NCBI GenBank assembly: GCA_963662465.1
Contig: OY759599.1
Span: 3,168,001 to 3,232,000, forward strand
Reading direction: 5' to 3'
Length of the DNA: 64,000 bases
Origin: Desulfatiglandales bacterium
Lineage (GTDB): Bacteria > Desulfobacterota > DSM-4660 > Desulfatiglandales > Desulfatiglandaceae
Position numbers and translations under genes: made by a program. The notes beneath the pieces were generated by a model. It was given only the letters and a program-made list of their open reading frames with translations. It had not been told where the DNA came from and did no database searches. Below, one piece after another: positions 40,742 through 50,518 of the stretch (its first letter is position 1; every line of letters begins with the position of its first letter).

Positions 40742-43159
40742 ATGAGCATTCCACTATCTAGTATGGTTAATCGGATTGAGCCTCATAACACAGTTTTGTT
40801 CTTTGGAGCTGGTTCATCCATACCATCAGGTGCCCCAAGCGTGGATAATATAATTTCCCATATTTCTAATGAGTTCCAAATTGAGTCTAACAATTATTCT
40901 CTTAGCGAGATAGCAAGTCTTGCTGAGGAAAAGAGTGGGCGAAAAAGCCTAATCAATTGCCTCAGATCGCTTTTTAAGCTCCCTAGTGTGACAGGGAGTC
41001 TATTAAATTTACCATTGTATAATTGGAAAAATATATATACCACAAATTACGATCAACTTGTCGAACAATCTTATTCAAGAAAAAATACTCCTCTTACGGT
41101 TTATTCATCTAATTTTGACTTTACTGTGCAGTCAGTGCCAGAAGCAACGAAGCTATTTAAGCTTCATGGCACAATTGAGAAAGATGTTAGTGATGGCCAT
41201 AATAGCAGAATTATTATAAGTGAGTCTGATTATGACAATACTATTGATTACAGAGAGGCATTATTTGATGCTTTTAAAAATGATTTATCAGGTGCCAACT
41301 TAATAATTATCGGGTACTCACTTTCAGACCCACATATCAAAGATATCGTCAATAGATCTATTGATATAAATAATAAAATACAGAATCCATTTGCTATAAA
41401 CTTATTACTTTATACTGGAGATGAAAATCGTGCGATATTGTATGAAAAAAGAGGCATAAAAGTATCCTTTGGCGGACTTGATGACTTCTTTATTGAGTTG
41501 GCCAGAAAGTGTGACCCAATTGAAATTATTTATTCTTTTGCTGATAATCCATTAGATTTGGCTCCTGCTCTAAATGCAATCACGATAGATGTGGGCCACG
41601 AGGTTAAGTGCGCTCAAAAAAATGTAAGTGCGATGTATCAGGGGTGGCCAGCAAGTTATCCAGATATTCAAGCTCAAATTACATTCGAAAGAACATTATT
41701 AAAAGAAGTTGAAGCAGCACTTGAAAATGAAAAGCTTTGCACGACAATTTTAGGTGCAAGTGGTATAGGAAAAACAACTTTAGCTCGCCAGATTATTTTA
41801 GGTTTTCACAAAAAAAACTATTTTTGCTGGGAACACAAAAATGACCATACTTTGCAATATCAAATGTGGAGAAATGTCGCACGTGAAATGCAGTCAAAAG
41901 GTAAAAATGGAATTTTATTCATTGATGACGCTCACTCTCATCTATTTGAACTGAATAACTTAATAGATTTATTAATTTCTGACGGTTCTACAAGTTTAAA
42001 ACTTTTATTCACATCCGCCAGAAATCAATGGTATCCCCGTATTAAAACACCAAATATTTTTAAAAATGGTCAACAATTTATATTAAAAAAACTAGATGAA
42101 TCTGAAGTTGAAAATTTGCTAAACTTAGTTGAGACTTCTCCAGACATACGCCCATTGGTAGAAAACAGTTTCATCGGATTCTCACGAATCGAACGAAAAA
42201 GAAGGCTAACAGCTAAATGTGAATCCGACACTTTTGTGTGCTTAAAAAACATATTTGCTTCTGAAAAATTTGATGACATCGTACTGCGTGAATATGCGGA
42301 GTTGGAAACAAAATATAGGGATATTTATAGAATTGTTTCAGCAATGGAAAGTGCCGGAATTAGAGTTCACAGACAGCTTATCATTCGACTGTTAGGGGTG
42401 CCTGCTGCTGAGGTCCAAGCATCACTTACAAATTTGGTTGATATTATACATGAGTATACAGTGAGTGAAAGAGAAGGGATATATGGGTGGAAAGGTAGAC
42501 ATCCAGTTATTACTGACATTATAACTAAATACAAAATGGCAGATGAAAATGAATTTTATAAACTCATAGAGACTGTTATCGAGAATATCATACCAACTTA
42601 TGATATTGAAATAAGGACAATAAGGCAGCTATGTGGCTTCCATACTGGAATTGGTAGGTTTCCAGATAAACAAAGAAGAAATAAACTCTTTAGAAAATTG
42701 ATTTCCATAGCACCCGGTGAGAGGATCCCTCGTCATAGGTTGATCCGAAATTTAATTGAACTAAATGAATTTGATAAGGCCGAAACAGAAATCAGACTAT
42801 TTGCAAATGATTTTAAAATAGATGGCCCTGTTAGACGCTATAAAATAATACTTATGCTTGCACGAGCTCAAAATGCACCAGGTATACTCAAAGAAGATAG
42901 GATAGCAATATTGGATGAGGCGAGGGATAAAACTTTAATCGCAATTGAACTTCACCCTGATAACAAAAATATTATTAGAACATATTGTGACGTTGGCTTT
43001 GAATACTTTAAAATGACAGGGAATTTCGAATATTTTGATGAAGCTATGAAGTATTTAAGAGAAGCTGAAGAACGAATAGGTGATCCTGAAATCACGAGCT
43101 TGTTAATTATGTATGAAAGAAAATTAGCAGGCATTGAGTTCTATGAAGATAGTGAATAA
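40742..43159 (+). CDS. SIR2-like NADase - STAND NTPase - helical/TPR-like protein (Avs/NLR-like defence candidate)
   Basis: VLFFGAGSS, IYTTNYD, KLHG, IGYSLSD; Walker A GASGIGKTT, Walker B LFIDDAH; helical-repeat C-terminus. Confidence 0.85.
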   Translation: MSIPLSSMVNRIEPHNTVLFFGAGSSIPSGAPSVDNIISHISNEFQIESNNYSLSEIASLAEEKSGRKSLINCLRSLFKLPSVTGSLLNLPLYNWKNIYTTNYDQLVEQSYSRKNTPLTVYSSNFDFTVQSVPEATKLFKLHGTIEKDVSDGHNSRIIISESDYDNTIDYREALFDAFKNDLSGANLIIIGYSLSDPHIKDIVNRSIDINNKIQNPFAINLLLYTGDENRAILYEKRGIKVSFGGLDDFFIELARKCDPIEIIYSFADNPLDLAPALNAITIDVGHEVKCAQKNVSAMYQGWPASYPDIQAQITFERTLLKEVEAALENEKLCTTILGASGIGKTTLARQIILGFHKKNYFCWEHKNDHTLQYQMWRNVAREMQSKGKNGILFIDDAHSHLFELNNLIDLLISDGSTSLKLLFTSARNQWYPRIKTPNIFKNGQQFILKKLDESEVENLLNLVETSPDIRPLVENSFIGFSRIERKRRLTAKCESDTFVCLKNIFASEKFDDIVLREYAELETKYRDIYRIVSAMESAGIRVHRQLIIRLLGVPAAEVQASLTNLVDIIHEYTVSEREGIYGWKGRHPVITDIITKYKMADENEFYKLIETVIENIIPTYDIEIRTIRQLCGFHTGIGRFPDKQRRNKLFRKLISIAPGERIPRHRLIRNLIELNEFDKAETEIRLFANDFKIDGPVRRYKIILMLARAQNAPGILKEDRIAILDEARDKTLIAIELHPDNKNIIRTYCDVGFEYFKMTGNFEYFDEAMKYLREAEERIGDPEITSLLIMYERKLAGIEFYEDSE

Positions 43160-43196
43160 AAGGCAATAACAAAATGTCGTAGTTTTAAAGTAAATA

Positions 43197-43254
43197 AATA
43201 AGCTGATCACTGGTGCGGACGCAAAGGGCGGCGCGGCACAGTTTGTTGTTGTGT
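43197..43254 (+). repeat. degenerate attC site 6
   Basis: L'' actggtgc / L' gcacagt and core GTTGTGT intact; inverse core decayed to aataAGC. Confidence 0.65.
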
Positions 43255-43306
43255 GTGCAGGGGAATGGACTCCAAATCCAACAAAATCTGATTGGGGATA
43301 AAATAA

Positions 43307-46300
43307 ATGTCGCTCTTTCAAAAATCGGTAATCAAGAAATATCTGGCCAACATTCCCCAAGAGGAAATTGCAGCTTCTTACGGAACATTCAAAGAAAAAT
43401 ACTCACCTGCTAAAATTGACGAGATAAAACGAATAAAAGAGGAAGAGTATCAAGATGGTTTCCTTAGAGATATTTTTGTCAGCGTCCTCGGCTACACTCT
43501 TAAGCCTGATGATGGCTATGATCTATCTCGTGAATTCAAAAACCAATCTGACAGCAAGAAGGCTGATGGAGCTATTTTAAAAAATGGGAAAGCCATTGCT
43601 GTAATAGAGCTGAAATCGAACAAAACAAAAAGCTTAAAAAGTATTACAGAACAAGCATTCAACTACAAAAACAATCAGCCTGAATGTAAATACGTTGTCA
43701 CGTCAAATTTCCGGAAATTACGGTTTTATATAGATTATGCTGGTGAATATGAAGAATTCAACTTGTTCAATATAGGAATAGAAGATTTTCAGTTGTTGTA
43801 TTTGATTTTGAACAAAAACAATCTTCTTGCCGATATCCCGATCAAACTCAAAAAAGAAAGCATTTACCATGAACAAGACGTATCAAACCGACTTTACAAA
43901 GAATATTCTGTTTTCAAAAAGGACCTTTTCCAGAATCTAACAAATAATAACCCCGAAAACGACAAGCTCACCCTATTTAAAAAATCACAAAAATTGATTG
44001 ACCGTTTTTTATTTATCTTTTTCGCAGAAGATAGAGGCTTACTTCCGCCTAATTCCATTGACCGTATTATCGAAAGATTTAACATTTTGAAAGACGAAGA
44101 TTCTTACAAGCCACTTTATGATATCTATAAACAATATTTTGGTTACATGAATATTGGACGTAAGGGGAAAATGCCAAATGATGATATCCCGGAATACAAT
44201 GGGGGTTTATTTGCTCCTGATGTAGTATTGGATGCTCTTATAATTGACGATTCTGTTTTGATTAACGACTTACAAAAATTTTCTGCTTATGATTTTAATA
44301 CAGAAGTTGACGTTAATGTACTTGGTCACATATTCGAACACTCCCTATCTGAAATTGAAGAAATTACGTCAAAGTTAGAAGGAAAAACAACCAACAAGAA
44401 TAGGAGTAAACGCAAAAAGGATGGCGTTTTTTATACTCCCAGTTACATTACACAGTACATTGTTGAAAATACGGTGGGGACACTTTGTGAAGAAAAACGC
44501 AAAGCGCTTGATCTTCTTGAGATTGAAATTCATGAAAGTCATCATAATAAATCTGGAAAATTATCAGCAAAGGGAAAGGACCTACAACAGAAACTTGAAA
44601 ACTATAAACAATGGTTGTTGTCATTAAGAATTCTTGACCCGGCTTGCGGTAGCGGCGCGTTTCTGAATCAGGCACTTAGTTTTCTTATAGATGAACATAA
44701 ACTGATTACAGAGTTTCAAACTGACTTGCAAAAAGGGCAAATTTCTCTTTTTAATATTGAGAACCACATTTTGGAAAACAACTTATACGGAGTTGATATT
44801 AATGAAGAAAGCGTTGAGATTACCAAGCTTTCACTTTGGTTACGTACAGCAAACAGAAAACGAAAACTTTCAAACTTGAGCAGCAATATTAGATGCGGAA
44901 ATTCATTGATAGATGATCCTAAAATTGCCGGAAAGAATGCTTTTAAATGGGATGGTGATTTTCCTGATATTATGAAAGAAGGGGGGTTTGATGTTATTAT
45001 TGGAAATCCCCCATATGTTCGCCAGGAATTGTTGGCACCTTATAAAACATACTTTGAAAAAAATTATCAATGCTATTCAGGAACAGCCGATCTCTTTTCA
45101 TATTTCTATGAAAAATCTTTGGTTCTGCTAAAAGAGTCAGGATATTTTGGTTTTATTTCAAATACATTTGCAAAAACAACTGGAGCAGCTGCAAAACTTC
45201 GTCATTTCTTAAAAAATAACAGCAGATTTATTTCTATTGCAGATTTTTCAGGTCAGAAAATATTTGAAGGAATTACCACCTATCCGATCATTCCGATATT
45301 AAAAAAAGAAAAATCATTTGGCAGATTCAATTACCTAAAAGTAAAAGAAAAAGATTTGCTGACGCTTAGTTATGCTATAGTACAAAATTCAATAGTTGTT
45401 GAGCAGTCTTTGTTAAAGGACGAATCTTGGAGTTTTGAATCTCAAACAAAACAAAACTTAAAAGAGAAAATTAAGGCAAATAAAACAGTCCGAGAAATTT
45501 TCGGAAAGAGCTATTACGGTATAAAAACCGGCTTAAATGTAGCATTTATTATTTCAGGTGATAAACGGAATGAAATAATTGCAAAGAATCCAAAAGAATC
45601 TGACATTATTAAACCGTTTATTGAAGGTAAGGACTTGAATAAGTGGACATGCCATGATGTTGGTAAATGGCTTATACTGTTTCCAAAAGGTTGGACTTCA
45701 ACTATTTCTGGTTGCAAAAATGAGCAAGAAGCATGGAAATATATTGAAAATGAATTTCCTGGGGTTGCAGGACATTTGTTAGATTATAAAGAAAAAGCAG
45801 TTCGACGGTATGACAAAGGAGAATTTTGGTGGGAACTGAGAGCTTGTAATTACTATGATTACTTTAATTCGAAAAAAATTACTTGGCCTAATTTACAATT
45901 TTCCAACAAATTTTCCTATGATGATAATGGATTTTACATCAATGCCCCATCTGTGATTCTTCCGACAGGCAGCAAAGTTTTACTCTGCATTATTAATTCA
46001 AAACTGGCATGGTTCTTTTTTAAAGATGTATGTGTAATGAGAAGCGGAGGATATGTTGAAGTAAAACCCCAATATTTTGAACAATTCCCTGTACACCTTC
46101 CTATTGATGAAAAGCCATTAAATGAAAAAGCAGACATCATACTCATGAAAAGTAAAGAACTTTATGAACTGAAAACTGATTTCCTCAATTTTTTTAAAAG
46201 CGAATTAGAGCCTGAAAAAATTACCAACAAACTGGAAAATTGGTATGAGCTTGATTGGGATCCGTTTAAGAAAGAAATGATAAAATGCAAAGTCAAAGAG

Positions 46301-46471
46301 TTAAGTCTGAAAGAACGCAAAGAATGGCAAGACTATTTTATCGAGCATAAGGAAAAAGCTAATAAACTTAAATCAATAATTACTGCTACCGACAAACAAA
46401 TAGACCAACTGGTTTACAAACTATACAACCTGAACGACGACGAAATCAAAATCGTAAATGGAGAAACATGA
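43307..46471 (+). CDS. type IIG restriction-modification fusion (Eco57I/TaqI-like N6-adenine MTase plus REase)
   Basis: KADG...IELK nuclease motif, YNGGLF, GVFYTP, ILDPACGSGAFL, IGNPPY, TaqI-C-like region. Confidence 0.92.
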   Translation: MSLFQKSVIKKYLANIPQEEIAASYGTFKEKYSPAKIDEIKRIKEEEYQDGFLRDIFVSVLGYTLKPDDGYDLSREFKNQSDSKKADGAILKNGKAIAVIELKSNKTKSLKSITEQAFNYKNNQPECKYVVTSNFRKLRFYIDYAGEYEEFNLFNIGIEDFQLLYLILNKNNLLADIPIKLKKESIYHEQDVSNRLYKEYSVFKKDLFQNLTNNNPENDKLTLFKKSQKLIDRFLFIFFAEDRGLLPPNSIDRIIERFNILKDEDSYKPLYDIYKQYFGYMNIGRKGKMPNDDIPEYNGGLFAPDVVLDALIIDDSVLINDLQKFSAYDFNTEVDVNVLGHIFEHSLSEIEEITSKLEGKTTNKNRSKRKKDGVFYTPSYITQYIVENTVGTLCEEKRKALDLLEIEIHESHHNKSGKLSAKGKDLQQKLENYKQWLLSLRILDPACGSGAFLNQALSFLIDEHKLITEFQTDLQKGQISLFNIENHILENNLYGVDINEESVEITKLSLWLRTANRKRKLSNLSSNIRCGNSLIDDPKIAGKNAFKWDGDFPDIMKEGGFDVIIGNPPYVRQELLAPYKTYFEKNYQCYSGTADLFSYFYEKSLVLLKESGYFGFISNTFAKTTGAAAKLRHFLKNNSRFISIADFSGQKIFEGITTYPIIPILKKEKSFGRFNYLKVKEKDLLTLSYAIVQNSIVVEQSLLKDESWSFESQTKQNLKEKIKANKTVREIFGKSYYGIKTGLNVAFIISGDKRNEIIAKNPKESDIIKPFIEGKDLNKWTCHDVGKWLILFPKGWTSTISGCKNEQEAWKYIENEFPGVAGHLLDYKEKAVRRYDKGEFWWELRACNYYDYFNSKKITWPNLQFSNKFSYDDNGFYINAPSVILPTGSKVLLCIINSKLAWFFFKDVCVMRSGGYVEVKPQYFEQFPVHLPIDEKPLNEKADIILMKSKELYELKTDFLNFFKSELEPEKITNKLENWYELDWDPFKKEMIKCKVKELSLKERKEWQDYFIEHKEKANKLKSIITATDKQIDQLVYKLYNLNDDEIKIVNGET

Positions 46472-46474
46472 GTC

Positions 46475-46556
46475 ACACAACCAAACGCTCCACCAGACGC
46501 CTGAAAGTCTTGCGGTCCCAGCGGGGGCCGGTGGAGGCGCTGGTGAGCTTGTCGTT
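46475..46556 (+). repeat. attC site 7 (core site interrupted by a group II intron)
   Basis: ACACAAC-caaac-gctccacc...ggtgagc-ttgtc-GTT, followed by intron sequence. Confidence 0.88.
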
Positions 46557-47201
46557 GTCGCGCCGAGGAAAGCTCGGCGTATCTTGCAAGGTGAAAGTCC
46601 CTGTCGGGAGGAAATTCAGTAATGGCTTTCTGTAAGGGTTAGCCACCCACCCGTATCGAGCCTTGGACCCATGGCGGAGTTGTTCAGTCTGTCAGGTGTA
46701 GGACACCGGCATTCATACGCCGGTTGGAAACGAGCCGCGCTCAGTGAGGCGGGGCATAAGTCGGAGGACTCACCCCGCCGAACGGCTTGAACAGCGAACA
46801 AGATGGGTTAAGCGTAGGCAGAGTATCCTGTAGGCCGCAGGGGTGATCGCGCACCCTGAAGAGCTGGTACAGCTTCGAAATAGCAATTGCGGACGCCGAG
46901 GGTTTCAACGTTCACCGAAGGCAACACAGAAGCATCCGTTATGGCGAGGATGTGGAGGTCCGCCGGAGTCCTCAGGCCGTGGCATGCAGGAAGAGATACG
47001 CCGTAGAACTCGGGAAGCCCCAAAGGCTCCAGGAAGTTTATTTCACACTGACGGTAAGGTAAAGGAACAGTGGTTCACTACACAACCGAAATGCTGAAAG
47101 GAACAACCGGGTGGGAGGTAAATCGGACATCCGATGGCCCTCTATACGCCGACGGGGTGTCTTATCAGGCATACTACTCAGCGGTGGGGAAAGCCCACTA
47201 C

Positions 47202-48899
47202 ATGGGGAAGGACCTGACGGAAGTACGCAGCCTGCAAAGGAAACTCGTACCGGACAATGTAGGGCTGGAACAATATGAGCCAACCTCACTGCAGGGAATA
47301 GCCATTAAGGCAGAAGTTGATGGAAAACACCGTTTTCAAGACCTTTACCGGTGTCTGAATGCCGGATTCCTCCATGCTTGCTGGAAAGACCTGAATAAGG
47401 ACGCAGGCAGTGGTGTGGACAAAGTGACGGCCGAGGCCTACGAAGAAAATCTGGGGGCCAACATCGCGTCACTGGCGGAGCGATTGAAAACCAAACGTTA
47501 CCGTGCCAAATTGGTACGCAGAAGTTACATCCCCAAAGAAAACGGTAAACAACGCCCCTTGGGCATTCCGGCCCTTGAAGACCGGTTGGTTCAACTGGCA
47601 TGCGCCAAACTCCTGACAGCCATATATGAAGCCGACTTTCTGGATATCAGCTATGGTTACAGGCCCAACCGAAGCGCAAAGGATGCAGTCAATGACTTGC
47701 GCTTTGAACTTCAGTTTGGGACATATGGTTACGTCGTCGAGGCCGACATCAAAGGCTTTTTCGATCATATGGACCATGACTGGCTCTTGCGAATGCTCAA
47801 GGAAAGAATTGATGATGCGCCGTTTTTAAACCTGATCCAAAAATGGCTCAAAGCCGGCATTCTGGACACGGACGGTAAGATTATCCATCCGGAAAGCGGC
47901 ACTCCCCAAGGCGGGTTATGCAAAGCTTTGCATAAGCCTCCTTATGCCAAGTTGCCGATTATGCAAAGTAAACCGCTAAAGCTACCAGATTTCCAACACC
48001 TTCACTGAGTTTACTTTGCATAATATCACGGGTATCTCAAACTTGAAATCCAATTAAACGATGCAGCATCCTTGGTTTATTTTGGATAAAATGATCTGGT
48101 TTTTTTCCGACAAATGATTTTGTGAGCTTTTCGCTCAGTCATCATTAGCAAAGATTATGCTAAGTAAATCAAAAAGAAACCCTTGAATTCCAATGCGTTT
48201 TATGGCTTACTTTGCATAATTACTTTCTTTGCATAAGGGGGTATCGTATCGCCGGTTTTGGCAAATGTTTACCTGCATTTTGCCCTAGACTTATGGTTTG
48301 AAAAGATGGTGAAGCCCCACTGTAAAGGGGCCGCCATGATCATCCGGTACGCAGACGATTTTGTCTGCGCTTTTCAGTACAAGGTAGAGGCGAAAGGGTT
48401 TTTCGACGTACTGCCTGTAAGGCTGGAGAAGTTCGGTCTCAGTGTAGCGCCTGAGAAAACCGCCATGATGCGGTTCAGCCGCTTTGATCCGACCATGCGC
48501 AGGCGAATTGTCTTTTTGGGTTTTGAGACCTACTGGACCTATGACAAACAGGGAAAGGTGAGAGTCATGCAGCGCACCGCTCGCAAAAAGTTACAAGGTG
48601 CATGCAGGCGCATCAAGGAATGGGTGAAGGAAAACCGTCATTTGAAGGGGATCGCGTACATAAAGGCGCTCAACCGCAAACTGCGCGGACATTACAATTA
48701 TTACAGCGTGGTGGGAAACGCCAATTCGTTATGGCGTTTTTACCGATGGGCGGTAGATTGTTCGTTTAAGTGGCTGAACCGAAGAGGGGGAAAGCGTAAA
48801 AGCTTCACTTGGAAGGTGTTCCACCGGGCCTTAGATCGCCTGGGGATTGTTAAACCGAAGCTGCCGACGGCCCCACAGCCACGGAAAGTGTTTTGCTGA
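47202..48899 (+). pseudogene. ltrA: group II intron reverse transcriptase/maturase, interrupted at PQGG
   Basis: GVDK, IPKENGKQRPLGIP, SYGYRP, ADIKGFFD, GTPQGG | IVSPVLANVYLH, RYADD, FLGF, LRGHYNYY; both halves are in the same frame. Confidence 0.9.
47916..48236. mobile_element. 321-bp non-coding insertion with RIT-like/tyrosine-recombinase binding-site architecture
   Basis: termini ttatgcaaag / ctttgcataa, eight copies of the motif, flanked by 6-bp ggcggg and gggggt. Confidence 0.8.
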
Positions 48900-49029
48900 T
48901 GCGGATGCTTTGCGCGAAAGCGAGTACAACCGAGGAACCGGATGCGGGAAAACCGCACGTCCGGGTCTGCGCGGGGGCGCTGGGTAACCGGCGTTCCTAC
49001 CGTGAGAGCGTGCATTTCACATAGAGCTA

Positions 49030-49226
49030 ATGTCGGAAACAATAAGAACACATAAAGCTATTCCCGAGAATGAAGGATACATTTATATCGTAGCAAATCG
49101 ATATATCCCCCTATCTTGTGAAAATCGGAAAAACAAAAAAGCCTGATGCAAGAATAGACGAATTATCTAATCATGAAGGTGTCCCAGGTAGGTTTCGATA
49201 CATTTTTTGTGAAAAAGTTTTTAACT
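49030..49226 (+). pseudogene. T5orf172/GIY-YIG domain gene fragment
   Basis: GYIYIVANR..P(frameshift)YLVKIGKT....RIDELS..GVP..F, truncated by the IS remnant. Confidence 0.7.
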
Positions 49227-49227
49227 G

Positions 49228-49646
49228 ACCCGGCTTTGCTTTCCAGCTCTAAACTGATTTCACCGGAAGCCATTGGTGGCAATTCAATAAAAGCCGCCCG
49301 ATTGGGCTCTTCTGAAGACATCATGCGGTGGGCTTCTACACGATCCTTGAGGGCAGTGTAGTTCAGATGCAAATCCTTTGATATTTGGTAGACAGCATAG
49401 GACTCACTAAGGGATATGGCAACATCCCATAATTCTTCAGGGATGGGACCGCGCTTTTTCCGGGTTTTACGCCAATCAACAAACTGGCTTTGAGCTTTTT
49501 CGAGGCTGAGCTTCAGATTTGCTTTTTTATTGGTCATGGGCTATCCTTCTGAACGATTTTGGATAACCCATTCTACCACGATTTTCGGAGCAATTCATGC
49601 ATGCTTGCCGAAAGGACACAAAACAACTGACACGGTTCAGTGCAAC
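49228..49646 (-). mobile_element. IS66-family remnant (TnpA-like ORF plus one end)
   Basis: ORF from 49537: QFVDWRKTR...IPEELW..A......ISKDLHLNY..LK....FIEL; end gttgcactgaaccg. Confidence 0.6.
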
Positions 49647-49790
49647 TCTCGACCACTTGCAACCTGTTTCGAAGGTGGGGATAACTCGTTTGACAACTTA
49701 GCGACTGCTTGTCTACACTGTAATTCGCAAAGAGGACGTCGGCCGGTAATGGAAATTATAACTGAAAAAAGCTCCCAACAAACGCATTAA
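49647..49790 (+). pseudogene. HNH endonuclease C-terminal fragment
   Basis: LDHLQPVSK(frameshift)GDNSFDNLATACLHCNSQRG. Confidence 0.7.
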
Positions 49791-49910
49791 CTCTGAAACC
49801 CAAAGCGGGGTGTTTTCAGTAACATCACCGATTGGAAAATTTTCAATAATCACGAAGCATTCAAAGATCAGATCATTCAAACACATGGTCGCAAACGAAG
49901 CTTTTGGGCG
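49773..49910 (+). repeat. truncated attC site 8 (left half only)
   Basis: TCCCAAC-aaacg-cattaactctg...; L' and core site are missing. Confidence 0.55.
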
Positions 49911-49927
49911 AAATATGAGGTCAAAAA

Positions 49928-50518
49928 ATGAACCAGCGATTTTATCTGCTGAAAATACGACTACTTGATATCGAGCCTGCAATCTGGCGTCGTTTTGTGG
50001 TGCCCGCCAGCATTACATTGGACCGTATGCACGATGTCATCCAGATTGTCATGGGCTGGAACGACAGCCATCTGCACGAATTCACGATTGGAAAAAAACG
50101 CTATACCGAATATCCAGAATCCAAAGAAGACGGACTGGTATGCGGCAGATACCGGATCGGGGATCTGATCAAACAGAAAGGCCGCACCTTTCATTATCTG
50201 TATGACTTTGGTGACAGCTGGGAGCACGAACTTGTTCTTGAAGAAAGTCGCTATTTCAATCCGGAATTGAGAACTGAACTGGCCTGTCTTGAAGGCGAAC
50301 GTGCCTGTCCGCCAGAAGATGTAGGTGGTGCGCCCGGTTATTATGAATTCTGCAAAGCACTGAAGGACCCGAGTCATGAAGAGCATGAAAGCTATATGGA
50401 ATGGTCCGGTGGTGACTACGACAGTGCAGGTTTTGATGCCGATGCCGTTTACTGGGAGCTGATAAAATACCTCCGCTGGTCCCGAGACAGATATCAAAAC
50501 TGGGAAGTAACAGAATGA
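49928..50518 (+). CDS. plasmid pRiA4b ORF-3 family protein
   Basis: IWRR..VP..ITL..MH..IQ..MGW.DSHLHEF, YDFGDSWEH, CPPEDVGG. Confidence 0.9.
   Translation: MNQRFYLLKIRLLDIEPAIWRRFVVPASITLDRMHDVIQIVMGWNDSHLHEFTIGKKRYTEYPESKEDGLVCGRYRIGDLIKQKGRTFHYLYDFGDSWEHELVLEESRYFNPELRTELACLEGERACPPEDVGGAPGYYEFCKALKDPSHEEHESYMEWSGGDYDSAGFDADAVYWELIKYLRWSRDRYQNWEVTE

Larger units (their letters stand above)
46557..49004 (+). mobile_element. group II intron (no endonuclease domain); boundaries +/-3 nt
   Basis: 5' gtcgcgccgaggaaagctcggcg, RT/maturase ORF, D5 gaggaaccggatgcgggaaaaccgcacgtccgggtctg, D6 ending ...cctaccgtg. Confidence 0.88.

Noticed and set aside
47070..48899. Two separate RT genes, a retron, or a defence-associated RT
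   Set aside because: The halves are the same-frame N- and C-parts of one intron maturase split by an insertion
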